From: Octopus vulgaris
Lineage: Eukaryota
Reading direction: 5' to 3'
DNA: 64,000 bases
Assembly: GCA_951406725.2 (NCBI GenBank)
Contig: OX597815.1
Span: 177,382,001 to 177,446,000 of the forward strand
A program made the translations under genes and the position numbers. Positions 16,143 through 27,590 of the stretch are shown here, piece by piece (positions within the stretch are counted from its first letter, which is position 1; each line of letters begins with the position of its first letter). Under the pieces are notes generated by a model. It saw only the letters and a program-made list of their open reading frames with translations, was not told where the DNA came from and searched no databases.

Positions 16143-17386
16143 GTGTGCGCGTGTGTGTATGCATGTATGTATATAATTATAAGTGATAACATAAAATAGT
16201 TGAAGAAATGCTTACTATATGTGTATATATTTTTATCAATAGAGACCCAGAAAGTTATTAATATATGTCCATCGATATTGTGACAATTGTTATGAATCTC
16301 TTCAAATCGAATCGAAAATTAAAGATTTAATATCAGTCAGGGTCAAAATTCTTTCACACAGCACAGAGTAAAAATGTCAAATGATAATCATAGTGGGTCA
16401 TAGCTGTTCATACTTCATGGCTGACCTGAGTCTAAAATAGAAATGCTCGGAGAAAATTTTCATATATCTTTTAAATATTTGATATGTTTTACTCTGGACT
16501 TGTTCTGCTAAATGGGAGTTAATACCGCTTGATGAGAGGATTACAATCTGACAAGTTATATACGTAGCCACTTTAACATGCCTGTCCGTTCGAGCAGACT
16601 CTGCTGCGATACTTTGACCCCAAGAAGACATCTCCTGACAATTAGTTTGGGCCGAAGCAATTGTTAATTTACTTTTCTTTATTCCACATTATTAATAGCT
16701 GCAGTTTCCAACATTACTCCAATCCGACTGAGTATATGTTAAAGGCATCCTCGTTTGAAATGGTTATCATAAACTCCAAACACAACAAATTTTTTAGGGC
16801 CTTACCAACATGATTCTTGCAATTGAAATTTCCTGTATGTTTTATGCTACTGGAATTAACCGTTGTCTTATAAGATATTTGTGGGAATAAATGACATCCG
16901 TTTCCATACCAATGAAAAATTGTTGCTTCATAACTGATATCATTCAGCGGCATAAAAAGGTCACCAGGGTTTCACATAAAATATTTGAGAGTATTTAATT
17001 GCCACAAATCTTGTCAGGTTACATTTAAAAGGAAACTGTATTGCTTTTCAAACTGTTTTGTTTTTACTTTGTATGCATCTCAAAATGACACTTTCAAAAT
17101 ACCTTAGAGATTGTTGCAATGGAAAACTTAAACAGAAACACTGACACTCGCACACATTCTCTCTCTGTCACTCACACTTATACAAACATTTTCTCCCTTT
17201 CTCTCTTACACATATGCACATGGACATCAGGCTAGCATGTCATTGAAGATGATTGTTGTAGAATCAGCACAATAAATTTAGGTTCTAATTTGATCATTAT
17301 GTCCCGTTATAGACAAGCCATTTTGAGTCGTCACAGAAATTTGGTTCAGCTGCTTCACTTTTTCACTAAAACAACCTCAACGTATT

Positions 17387-17473
<87 letters not shown>

Positions 17474-17542
17474 TTGTGTGTGTTTATGTGTGTGTGCGTG
17501 TGTGTGTATTGAATAAACAACGACAGATAAAAACCATATATG

Positions 17543-17990
17543 TGTATTGAGGGTACAACCGGACGGGAGACAGATAGCTATGGTTCCTAATGCTTCATCA
17601 GTAATCAACCAAAACGGTAAAACTCCATTTCGCACCATTGAGGGTAAGGTTGGGAACTTCCCATATTGGTGGTGCTTGTGAAAGTCGCAAACAACCCAGC
17701 ACGGAGTGGACATATGAAGGTAGAAAAATTTTAATTTAAGGCACCAGACAAAAACAGGAAACGAGCAAAATACGGCCTAAGGGTCAAAAACACAAGAATT
17801 GTGGGTAACGCTTAGAAGAAATACTAAAGCATGTGGCGACCGAATGGCTGGGCGGTCGGTGTGAAAAAGGAAGAGAAAGAAGGAAAGCTGTCCACGGGTC
17901 ACGCGTGAGCAGCAGGTAGAAGAGAAAGAGAGAGCGACAGAGACAGAATAGCGAGAAAATAAGGGAAGAAATGAAGGCAGTATTAATACA
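17543..17990. mobile_element. Putative solo LTR
   Basis: About 450 bp bounded by TGTATTGA...TTAATACA (TG..CA, 7/8 inverted match) and compositionally distinct from its flanks. No convincing TSD. Confidence 0.35.
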
Positions 17991-19300
17991 GAGAGGTCAT
18001 ATTTATTTCCACCACGTAATCATGGATGCTCTGTTAGAAACAAACTAAACTGCGGTAGATGCCGTGAGAGAATCTCTGATGTAGGCTTTTGGTACAAAAT
18101 ACACGCTTGTTTACATCGGTAGCCCACGATCTCCAGCACAAAGATCACCAAATCACGTGATTTCTAGCTTCTTTGGTTTCATCCATGTTGGACGCTTGAC
18201 CATTACAGATTGCAACGTCTCACCTCCCCGCTAGTGATATATTGAAAATCAGTGCCCGAAGAGGCAGCTAGTGTCCCGATTAAGCAGTGAGCTTGTTAAA
18301 AATTATATACTTGAGTCAGAGGCAGTAGAGGTAATATTTGTTTATATTCTTCATCGTGGATGCTCAGCCTCTCTGAGTATTTCTCTTATGGGTTCGACCG
18401 GGATAAAGTTTGTTCTAACAAACCATCCCTGTTTAATTGCTGATAAATATTACGTTTCGGTAATAATACTGCCTCTGTCGCGAATATATTTTTACAAACT
18501 CAATGGCTAATCACGACAGCTGTGTCTGTTCAGGCACTCATTTTCTATATATTACTAGCGGCGAGATGAGTCACTGCTCTCTCTAGCAGTCAACCGTCCA
18601 TTAGTGATGCGACTAAGGAAGTCTTGACGCTGGAGATGATGGAAATTTATCTCCCCGCTAGCGATATAAACATGCGTACATTTTGCGCCAAAAGCCTATA
18701 AGAGAGTTTCTTTGTCCAATCTTTGGGAGAGTAAATTTTGTTTTAACCGAACATTACATTTTTAAGCGGAGATAAATAGTGAATCTTGAAAAAGCAACAA
18801 CAAAAAAATAACTTGAAAAAGATATGAAAAATTTCTAAGGTTTAGCCCTTTAGTCAAAAATGTTCCTGTTCAAAGCATTACAAACTAGAAAACAGTTTTT
18901 TTAAACAAAGGATATGGATATAAAATATATATATATAATTGCAGTGCACGATCCGGAATTTCAGCATGTCAAAATTGATTTCATCGATTCAGTTTAGTGT
19001 CGTTAATATGCACATATTTCGAAACGGAGTTTATCACTAAGATTCGAATTAAGATAAAGATGTATTGGCTTGCTAACCTCTGTCGTGGATAGACATGTTG
19101 TTTTTTGGCACTGAGTTAAACGTTTTGTTGCACGTGGATAATTTTTCTATTGATGAATGTTTATTGTTGAATATTTTCGAAATGTTGAACATTGTTGAAA
19201 TTGTTTTTGTGTTTTTTGCCGGTGACGGGAGAAGTAATTGTTGAAATATTGAACTTATTAATATTGAACTTATTGATATTATTAATATTGAACTTATTAA

Positions 19301-19715
19301 AGCCGTTGTAGGCTTTATTTTCGTGCCCCCCTCCCAGCGGGGGTGGGATTTGAACTGTTATCCTCATTAAGAGGAAAAAATATTATGTTTTACCTTTTTG
19401 GGGGATAAGCAATTTATTATTGCGAGAAAAAATAAATTTTAGCCGTTGTAGGCTCAATTGTGGCATCCGCCACCAGCATGGGCGAGATTTGAACTGTTGT
19501 CCTTGTTGTGAGGAAAAAAGAAAAATATTATAGGTTTCCCGTTTTTGGGGATTCTATATTTTATTATTGTGTGAAAAAAAAATTTAATTTCGAACGTTGT
19601 AGGCTTTGTTGCTACGTCTCGCCCACCAGCAGGGGTGGGATTTGAACTGTTGTCCTCGTTAAGACAAAAAAAAGTTTAAAAATTAGGTTTCATTTTTTTC
19701 TGGGATTAAATTGTG
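19301..19715 (+). repeat. Three ~140-150-bp tandem monomers in the LINE 5' UTR
   Basis: Units begin (A)GCCGTTGTAGGCT at about 19301, 19441 and 19593. Each contains GGATTTGAACTGTT(A/G)TCCT. They are preceded by three copies of ATATTGAACTTATT. Confidence 0.9.
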
Positions 19716-19730
19716 TATCGTTTATTTCGA

Positions 19731-21012
19731 ATGAATATATCAGTCGAAGTAATACAAGAAACGAACCAGCTGCATGAGCCAGCAAAAAACTTCGCGGCAG
19801 TAGCCGCTGTATCTTCTGAAAATATTATAATAGAAACGGAGAAGCTCTCCGAGCTTTTTAAGAGAATGAAAGAGGAGGGTGAGGATATAAAGATCTCACC
19901 TTCCCCTAGTGTTGAAAATCTGAAGAGAAGGACAGTCGTTTACAAAACGTACAGTCCTTCATCGAAGAAATTCAAGCACTTCAAAAAGGGTGAAATAGAA
20001 AATGCCTGGCCCCATATGGAAAGATATAAAATACAAAGCGAGGGGCCGGGCATATGGAACAATAGAGGCCAGATTTGAGACGGCCGAAAAAGCCCAAGAG
20101 CACTAAGTGAGTCCTCTGAAACGATGGAGCTGGTGCTGCTTACAACATACGTGGGAAGGAGACAGCACGCGTCCGAATAAACGAAGTACCACCAGAAATT
20201 GAGGCAAGGGAAGTTATGGCTGCCCTGTTGTATAACACGACGGACAAAATCACCTTCCTCCAAATTACATGCACTGCCCCACAAAATTGGCAAGGGCAGA
20301 GCATCTCTGCGATTATTCAAGGAACGCAACAAGACATCGAAATGTTGCTAGAAAGAGTGCTCTTGGGGGAAGATATTGCCAGACATCAGGCCCTTGAACA
20401 ACAGAAAAAGACCCCAAACCCGCACATAAATTAGTCCCCACGGAAACAAATACTCCCACCCCACCATCTGTGGCACCCGCTCCCAAACAAAACACCTAAA
20501 AACCCCAGGCCATGCACACATCGGTCCCGACAGAAACAAATGCACCCACCCCCTCTGAAGTAACAATTCCTCTGGAAGACACCATGGAGGGGACCGAGGG
20601 GGAGTTCAAGACACCCAGAAAAAAGAGTACGCATGCACCTTCCGCATCCATATCCCCCACAAAGAAAAAATAAAAACAGCACACTACCGAGAAAAAAGAT
20701 CCCGCCCCACTGTCTCAGAAGAGGAAATAAAAAAGACGGAACAAAAACCCTGGTAAAATTTGATACCAGGGATAAATATATTATGGCCATTTGAAAAAAG
20801 CACCACACCGTGGAGCTGTTGCAGCAGCCCGAAGACACAAAAAAAAATGTGCCTGGATACCAGAAAAATTGCATAATGAAATGAAGGATAGGCGTCCGAG
20901 GACCATCACGAACATCCCGGACCTTCCGCGGTATTTGAAGGTGTTTTTGAAGGAGCAAGAGGAAAGAACTGCCTCACGTGTGGTGAGGTCAACCCCAGGA
21001 TCACCAATATAA
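19731..21012 (+). pseudogene. Disrupted ORF1 of the Tx1/L1-clade LINE
   Basis: Broken Lys/Pro-rich plus-strand frames (19713-20078, 20216-20434, 20791-21012) lie directly upstream of ORF2. The assignment is mainly positional. Confidence 0.6.
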
Positions 21013-21057
21013 GAAAAAGTCAGAGTAAGTAGAACCCTTGCTTTTCTTTTGTTTTAA

Positions 21058-24000
21058 ATGACTGCACTTAACCTTGGGTGTTTGAATGTGCGTGGTCTGA
21101 GCTCGAAGTGGAAGCAAGCTTGTTTCCTCGACGACCTCAGATCACACGATATGCATGTGATGGTTGCTACATAGACCAAGCTTGACAGTCTACAAGCCTT
21201 CTCGCCCCTCCTGAATGACAATGAGAAAACCATGTCTACTAGCCGGGGGGGGGGTAGTAGTACTGTTTCGAAAAGGCTTGGCTCTGCAGACAAGTATAGT
21301 CTATGTAGACCCAGAAGGTGGGCTGGTCATCCTTGATGTGACATACAGCAGGAAGCCCTTCAGGTTGGTCGGGATCTATGTATCTTGTACTAGAGGATTT
21401 CAAACTGATTTTTATCGGCGCCTTGAGAACTTTCTTGTGACGTCGAAGACATTAGTGGTGTTAGGTGACTATAACGCTATTGTTGATGCGCGCATCGATA
21501 GCGTTGGCTCGATCTATAGGAAAGTAAACTCACGTCTCGTTGATCTGTTCAAGCGGTTTCAGCAGGCAGATCGTTACAGACTTCACCATCCGAACGTCCC
21601 AGAGTGGACCTGTATGAGTGGCGACGAAAGGTTCAAGTCCTATTTAGATAGGATAGTGATGAGAACTGAAGATAAGTCTAGTTTTAGCTGTCCACAGCTT
21701 GTCCAAAAAACATACACTGACCATAGAATGGTTAAGTGTAGACTGGACATAGTACAGTTAAGAGAGGATACGGCTACTGGAAGCTGAACAAGTCTATTTT
21801 GACTTGCGAGGCATACCGTAGCCTGATTGAGGAATTAGTACAGAGGGTGTTAACCGGAACGGTGGTTAATAACTGATGGTAGTTCGCCCTGAAGAGAGCC
21901 ATTCGTTTTGAGTCTATTAGGTTTAGCCGTCAGCTAAGACTAGATAAGGCCAGAATAGAAGGGCAACTAGTTAAGGACCTACAGGAAGCGTTGAGATTGG
22001 GCTCTGCATATCACATTTTGGCAGCGAGAACGGCCTTGGACCGTCACCTCAAAGCCATACATGAGGGGTGCAGAGTTCGGGCTAAAGCGCGCGCATTGGG
22101 CTGTGAGGGAATTAATGTTGCCGGATGTACAGTAGAAACCCAGCGTGGAAATGATGCCACAATTAGGTCTCTCGTAGATGACAATGGGAGTTCGGTCGAT
22201 GGACGGGACGAGATGTGTGAGGCGATTCACAAGCACTTTGTCGAGTTGTTTGGGAGTGGTGGGGCGCTGGATCATGGCGAGGCCCTTAGGGACTTCCTGT
22301 CTGGCGGCCCGCGTCTCTCGGCACGAGAGCCTGAGTGCTGTGAAGGGCCAATCACGGTAGAGGAGGTAATCGAGGTACTGGTCGAATGCTACGGGGAGAA
22401 GTCGCCGGATCTCGATGAATTTTACAAAGCTATACCAGACTTGTTCGTACACCTGCTGGCCAGCGTATACGCCAATTGGCAGCAGAATGGGAGAATTCTC
22501 AAGTCTGCGAGCCGTGGGGTGGTGAAGGACCCGAGCAAGGGGGACGAGATAGGGCACTTCAGACCCATAACTCAGCTGAACACAGAGTTAAAGATTTTGG
22601 CCAAGGTTGGCGCGGGTCATGGACTAACTTGTCGGGGAAGAGCAAACGTGCGCTATCCCGGGCAGGACGATCCACGACAATCTCCACCTTATACGCTACT
22701 CCTTAGAGAGGGTGGGGAAGCTTTCTGGCGCAGAGGGTGGACACTGGTATATTTAGACCAGTCTAAGGCTTTCGATAGGGTCGACCATCGGTACTTGGCG
22801 GCGGTCCTCGAGAAGGATGGCCTGGGCCCGGTTGGATTGCTGCGCTGTACTGCGATATCGAGTCCGTCGTAAAAGTGAATGGTTTCCTTTCGAAACCATT
22901 CAGGATCGAGCGCTCAGTGTGTCAGGGGTGTTCCCTGTCCCCGCTTTTGTATGTACTGGCTTTCAAGTCATTATTGTGGAAGTTGGAGGCACTAGGGGGC
23001 GTACCGCATGATCTATTGTGTGGAAGAGGAGCTACGGCGTATGCGGATGACATCTCCATCATCGTGGCGGAGGAGAGCCAGGTTCTAGTGGTGGAAAAGT
23101 TTATCAAAAGTTACGAGGCGGTGGCAGGAGCAAAAGTTAACAAGGACAAGCGAATTGGTTTGCAGCTCGGCACCTGGAGGGGCAAGCCGATGCCGTCCAA
23201 TAACTTCGTGGGGCGTTGGAAGAAAGGTCCTGTTAAGCTGCTCGGAGTCTGGTTCGGGCCAGACGTCTAGATAGAGAAAAATCGGTGTGAGGTGGCCAGC
23301 AACGTGACTGCTCTAACCCAGGCCTGGTCTGGGAGGGCCTTATCCTTGTTAGGAAAGGCGGAGGTGATGCAGATGATTATAGCATCAGTTATCACCTACC
23401 GTCTGACCGTGGTGCTTTGCCCCGATTTGTGGCTGAACAAGTTGGAGAGAATCATTTTCCACTTTTTGTGGAAGGGAAGAAAGCCACTCGTGAAACGCTC
23501 TGTCTGCTGCCAGCAACCGCTAAAGGGTGGGCTAGGGATGCCTTGGCTGAGGATGCGAAAATTTGCGTTAAGGTTGAGGCACCTCTGGCTTCACCTGGAT
23601 GGGTGCAGGTGTGGTCACCGCACGTTCGGTTCTACCTTCCGCAATTAACGTCCTTAACGGACATTGGCAATTGGATCAAGCAGAGACCTAGGCTGGGGAA
23701 TGGCAATTGGAGTGCCGCCAGGCACTTCAGCTACTCTCTTAGGCGGGCAATGCCGGCAACAAGAGTTGCACCGCGGATTTCTATAGCGGGTTAATGGAGG
23801 TTAAGTCCGAAGACGCCTTGGGGGAGACACTGGGCTACGATGAAGATCAGTTAATCAATCCGGAGAACTTTCGGGCCAGGGTATCTGGACAATTACCAGA
23901 AATCTCTGGCTTGACAGTGCTTCCGTGCGGCGTTACCTGGTCGTGATAAACTGTCAAGGCACGGAAGTGCCGACATGTCCGAGGTGCGGGCGGGAGAGGG

Positions 24001-24378
24001 AAACCGTCTTGCACGCATTTGGGGAATGTCCGGAATTAACGAGACTGATAGTTTTCGCAGAGCAACTGTTGTCATTCAATGGGAAGAGTACAGCTATCGG
24101 CTGAGTCTATCATCGAGATTGTGCCGCCTCGTGCCCTTAACAGGGAAAGGAAGGCTTGCATTTTCTGCATAGTAGCCATACTGAAAGAAACAATATGGAA
24201 GACGCGTGTGAGAGACATAGTGTCGGGTACCTTTGTATCCGGCCAGGGGTTGGTTAACTTTTTTAGTTACCACCTCAGTAATAAGATCAGGCTGGAGAAA
24301 AGATACCTGTCACGAGACAGATTCATGAGAAGATGGAAGCCTGTGGCGAGGAAGCTGGGAGTGTTTGGCACCAGGTAA
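21058..24378 (+). pseudogene. Disrupted ORF2 (APE endonuclease, reverse transcriptase, Zn knuckle) of the Tx1/L1-clade LINE
   Basis: Motifs in order: GCLNVRGL, LVVLGDYN, SYLDRI, TDH, FRPITQLNTELKILAK, LDQSKAFDRVDH, QGCSLSPLLY, AYADD, KGGLGMP, CPRCG..ETVLHAFGECP. Multiple stops and frameshifts. Confidence 0.93.
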
Positions 24379-24632
24379 GTGGAAGCCAAAAACAGGAAAG
24401 AAAAAGCAAGGGGTCTACCCTGGTGGTCGGATGCCTATCCTTCAGAGAAGCCATTACAAATTTCATTTGTAATGAGCAACGATTAAGTCAAAAGTTATAA
24501 GCATATTTATTAAATCATTGTATATTTTAAATTGTAAATATTTAATCGCTACAGCTACTTCACCCTTTAATGTTTGTGTTCTTGTTCGTCCGCTCTTTGT
24601 AATGCCTTCATGACAAATATTTATGAAATAAT

Positions 24633-24786
24633 GTAGCTTGCATATCAACCACATGGTTCCGAGCTCAGTCCCACTGCGTGGCACCTTGGGCAAGTATCTT
24701 CTACTATAGTCTCGGGCCGACTAAAGCCTTGTGAGTAGATTTGGTAGACGGAAACTGAAAGAATCCCGTCGTATATATGTATATGC

Positions 24787-24825
<39 letters not shown>

Positions 24826-25060
24826 AGTGTGTGTGTGTGTCTGTGTGTGTGTCTGTGTCTGTGTTCGTCCCCCCCAACATCGCTTGACAACCGTTGCCGG
24901 TGTGTTTACGTCTCCGTAAATTAACGGTTCGGTAAGAGAGAACGATATAATAAGTACTAGACTTACAAAAAATAAGTCCTGGGGTCGATTTGCTCGACTA
25001 AAGGCGGTGCTCCAGCATAGCCACATTCAAATGACTGAAACAAGTAAAAGTGTAAAAGTG
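24633..25060 (+). mobile_element. SINE family 1, 5'-truncated
   Basis: Same head, body and tail as the 50191-50595 copy but lacking the first ~25 nt. It abuts the LINE 3' end. Confidence 0.92.
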
Positions 25061-25946
25061 AATATATGCTTCACTACGAACACTTCTCTGCATAATGAAT
25101 GCTTTTTGAATATGTCGAAAGGATTACAGATAAGAATATCGATGAATCTAAAACATGATTTTCTATATTTAAAGGAATAGTTGTCGATAATTAATGATGT
25201 GCATTTTTGAAATTAGAAGATGGGAATGATTCAGCTATAGCGAAACAAACTGAATAATCTCTGTTTATCTGAAATACATTTGACTGATGTAACTAAATAT
25301 TTTTAACAATTGTGATAAGACATACAAAATTTAGATATTATATTAGTCATGAATTTATGGTCGACTCAATAGTCAAGCGCAGTATTTTTTTTTAACCCAC
25401 TGTATATCTATAAATAATATAAATTGGATGTAACATCGAAGTTCCGTTGCGAAAGAAGGGCCTCACATAGCCTTGAAATTTGTTTCATGCAGCTTTCAAA
25501 CTACATAATGGTGATCTCTTGAACTATTTTTTAACATAAACTTGATCCCCACACTAAACCGCGTTTAGAAAAAAAAAGTGAATCATTGTTCACAAATAAC
25601 ATTTGGGAATATATCTCTTGAAACAGAAGTCCAACATCTACCCACATATTAATATTCTTGTTTGTTTGTTTGTCTGTGTGAGTGTGTGTGTGTGTGTGTT
25701 TTATTTGCTAACCTTATCTTCCTCATCATATATCAAATCATTGTACACAAACGAAAACAAAACGATATCGATCTATAAATACGAGATTAGTTCGCTATCA
25801 CTTTTTGGTGAAGCTTTCAGATCGACATGCAATATATAAACATAGACATAAAAGCGTGGGCGCGCACACACACGCACAAACGCGCGTGCGGACGCACGTG
25901 CACAGACACCAACACACACAGACACACCACACATAAAACACATTTA

Positions 25947-26051
25947 GAGGCTACAGTAGGAGACACTTTCCCAAGGTGGTATGTAGAGGGACTGAACCCA
26001 GTGTCATGTGGTTGGGAAGCAAGCTTCTGATCATACAGCCACGCCTACGCT
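25947..26051 (-). mobile_element. SINE family 1 head fragment
   Basis: Reverse complement of the tRNA-like head. Confidence 0.85.
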
Positions 26052-26072
26052 TATATATATATACATATATAC

Positions 26073-26134
<62 letters not shown>

Positions 26135-26149
26135 TCTTTAACTTTTGGC

Positions 26150-26305
26150 CCGTCTGCACGTTCTGAGTTCAAATTCCGCCGAGGTTAACTATGCCTTTCA
26201 TCCTTTCGGGGTCAAAGAGATAAGTACCAGTCGACCACCGGGGTCTATGTAGTCGACTTATCCCCTCCCACCAAATTGCTGACCTTCTGCCAAAATTTGA
26301 AACCA
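26150..26305 (+). mobile_element. SINE family 2 (MetaSINE-like), 5'-truncated
   Basis: B box GAGTTCAAATTCC plus Meta-like domain GCCTTTCATCCTTTCGGGGTC..TAAGTACCAG. Confidence 0.85.
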
Positions 26306-26428
26306 AAATTAAAGAAATTTGTGTTAAAAGAATAACATTTTAATATTAGAAAATTCGATAACGTTTCAGTCTTTAGAAATATTCTAATTATTGCTTGGAA
26401 TGTTTCATTATTTTAATGATGAATCCAT

Positions 26429-26434
26429 TATAAA
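26429..26434 (+). promoter_or_regulatory. Possible TATA box upstream of the PA28-like ORF
   Basis: TATAAA 90 bp upstream of the ATG. Weak evidence in AT-rich DNA. Confidence 0.25.
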
Positions 26435-26518
26435 TTTTTGTAGAAGCAACAGCGGTTGGTCGGTTCTAGCTTGAGAGAATCTTTTGGAATCGGCGTCATC
26501 ATACTTTAGCAAGGAATC

Positions 26519-27115
26519 ATGAACACGCGGGTTTCCCTAAAATGTTCTTTAATTACCAATATCAGTCGGAGAGCTATCAAAGACGCCGAGATCCTAATTT
26601 GTCAGAGTTTCCCCCGTGAAATAGAGGAATTAGAAGACATTGCTTGTTACAACATCGGCACAATCGACTCGGGCCTCTCTCACCCTATTGATTTTGTCTC
26701 CAATGAGATTATAACAAAATATGTACAGTTAAAATCAATTCTTCAGAACCTTGAAGCCCACAACTCATTAATTAGAACCTGGGTGACGTTTATTTCTCGG
26801 GAATTGCGGACGTTCAAAGATACTGGCTGTTTAACTTCGGAAGAATCGTATTCTAAGTTACAACAAGTGGCTGATTATTGCAAACAATCTTTGGATAATC
26901 TCTCTGCCTACGTGTCTCAGATTGAGGAACTGACGGAGAAATGTAACAGTTACGAAGATAAGGTTTTCTATCAAGAACTGGAATACCTCAATAAGCGTCA
27001 CTTATGCCGGATTAATTCGATGCCAGAAGAAATAAGAGAGAAATTCCTCATTCTGACCAGTGTAATCTACAGTATTCTTGTAATATTGCGACCGATTCAG
27101 TCTGCAAGGAATTGA
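26519..27115 (+). CDS. Intronless, highly diverged proteasome activator PA28/REG (PSME3-like) protein
   Basis: Intact 198-aa non-repetitive ORF with A at -3. Collinear similarity to PA28gamma as recalled: RAIKDAEILICQSFPREIEELED vs RITSEAEDLVANFFPKKLLELDS; FVSNE vs LKSNQ; IRTWVT vs VKMWVQ; G..SEE vs G..QEE; SLDNLSAY vs YLDQISRY; EIREKFLIL vs ELRNQYVTL; LRP vs KRP. Confidence 0.75.
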   Translation: MNTRVSLKCSLITNISRRAIKDAEILICQSFPREIEELEDIACYNIGTIDSGLSHPIDFVSNEIITKYVQLKSILQNLEAHNSLIRTWVTFISRELRTFKDTGCLTSEESYSKLQQVADYCKQSLDNLSAYVSQIEELTEKCNSYEDKVFYQELEYLNKRHLCRINSMPEEIREKFLILTSVIYSILVILRPIQSARN

Positions 27116-27333
27116 TCTCCGGATACCGTTAATTAGTTTCAATATTAGCAGAACTGTTTTTCTCCTGTTTCATCTTTGGAATCGATTTTAATTGAAGCAA
27201 TTCTTTTTTCTTTACCCATTGTTTGTTAACCGTTAATGTCATAAACGCCTTCACACAGAAGTAGACATGGATGCGAGATTCGTATTGGATTTATGTTTTG
27301 ATAATTCACTTCTTGATATCTTAGAGAAGGAGA

Positions 27334-27590
27334 GCGGCGAGTTGGCAGAATCGTTAGCACCTCGAAATGCTTAGAGGTATTTCGTCTGCTGCTACGTTCC
27401 GTGTTCAAATTCCGCCGAGGTCGACTTTGCCTTTCACCCTTTCGGGGCCGATGGATTAAGTACCAGTTGCGTACTGGGGTCGATCTAATCGACTGGCCCC
27501 TCTCATCAAATGTCAGCCCTTTTGCCTATAACAGAAAGGAGAATCGTTAGCCACCTCCCCCGGGCTAAATGCTTAGCGACATTCTCTAGA
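27334..27590 (+). mobile_element. SINE family 2 (MetaSINE-like) plus a partial second head
   Basis: GCGGCGAGTTGGCAGAATCGTTAG head, GTTCAAATTCC B box, Meta-like domain. Confidence 0.88.

Larger units (their letters stand above)
19080..24631 (+). mobile_element. Near-full-length decayed Tx1/L1-clade LINE
   Basis: Tandem-repeat 5' UTR, disrupted ORF1 (19731-21012), disrupted ORF2 (21058-24378) with APE, RT and CCHC domains, and an AT-rich 3' UTR. Confidence 0.92.

Noticed and set aside
16398-16953. Minus-strand ORFs of 77-79 aa (also 44690-45039, 55849-56229, 60621-61019)
   Set aside because: No recognisable motifs or supported splice structure. Small exons of a host gene cannot be excluded without RNA-seq.
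17560-17610. Other CTGATGA hits (17595-, 36304-, 44978+, 45058-) and CTGAAGA at 36050 as hammerheads
   Set aside because: No stem II closed by GAAA and no stem I pairing.
19301-19715. Regularly spaced repeats as a CRISPR-like array
   Set aside because: Whole units are homologous with no unique spacers. The context is eukaryotic with no cas genes, and the repeats lie in a LINE 5' UTR.
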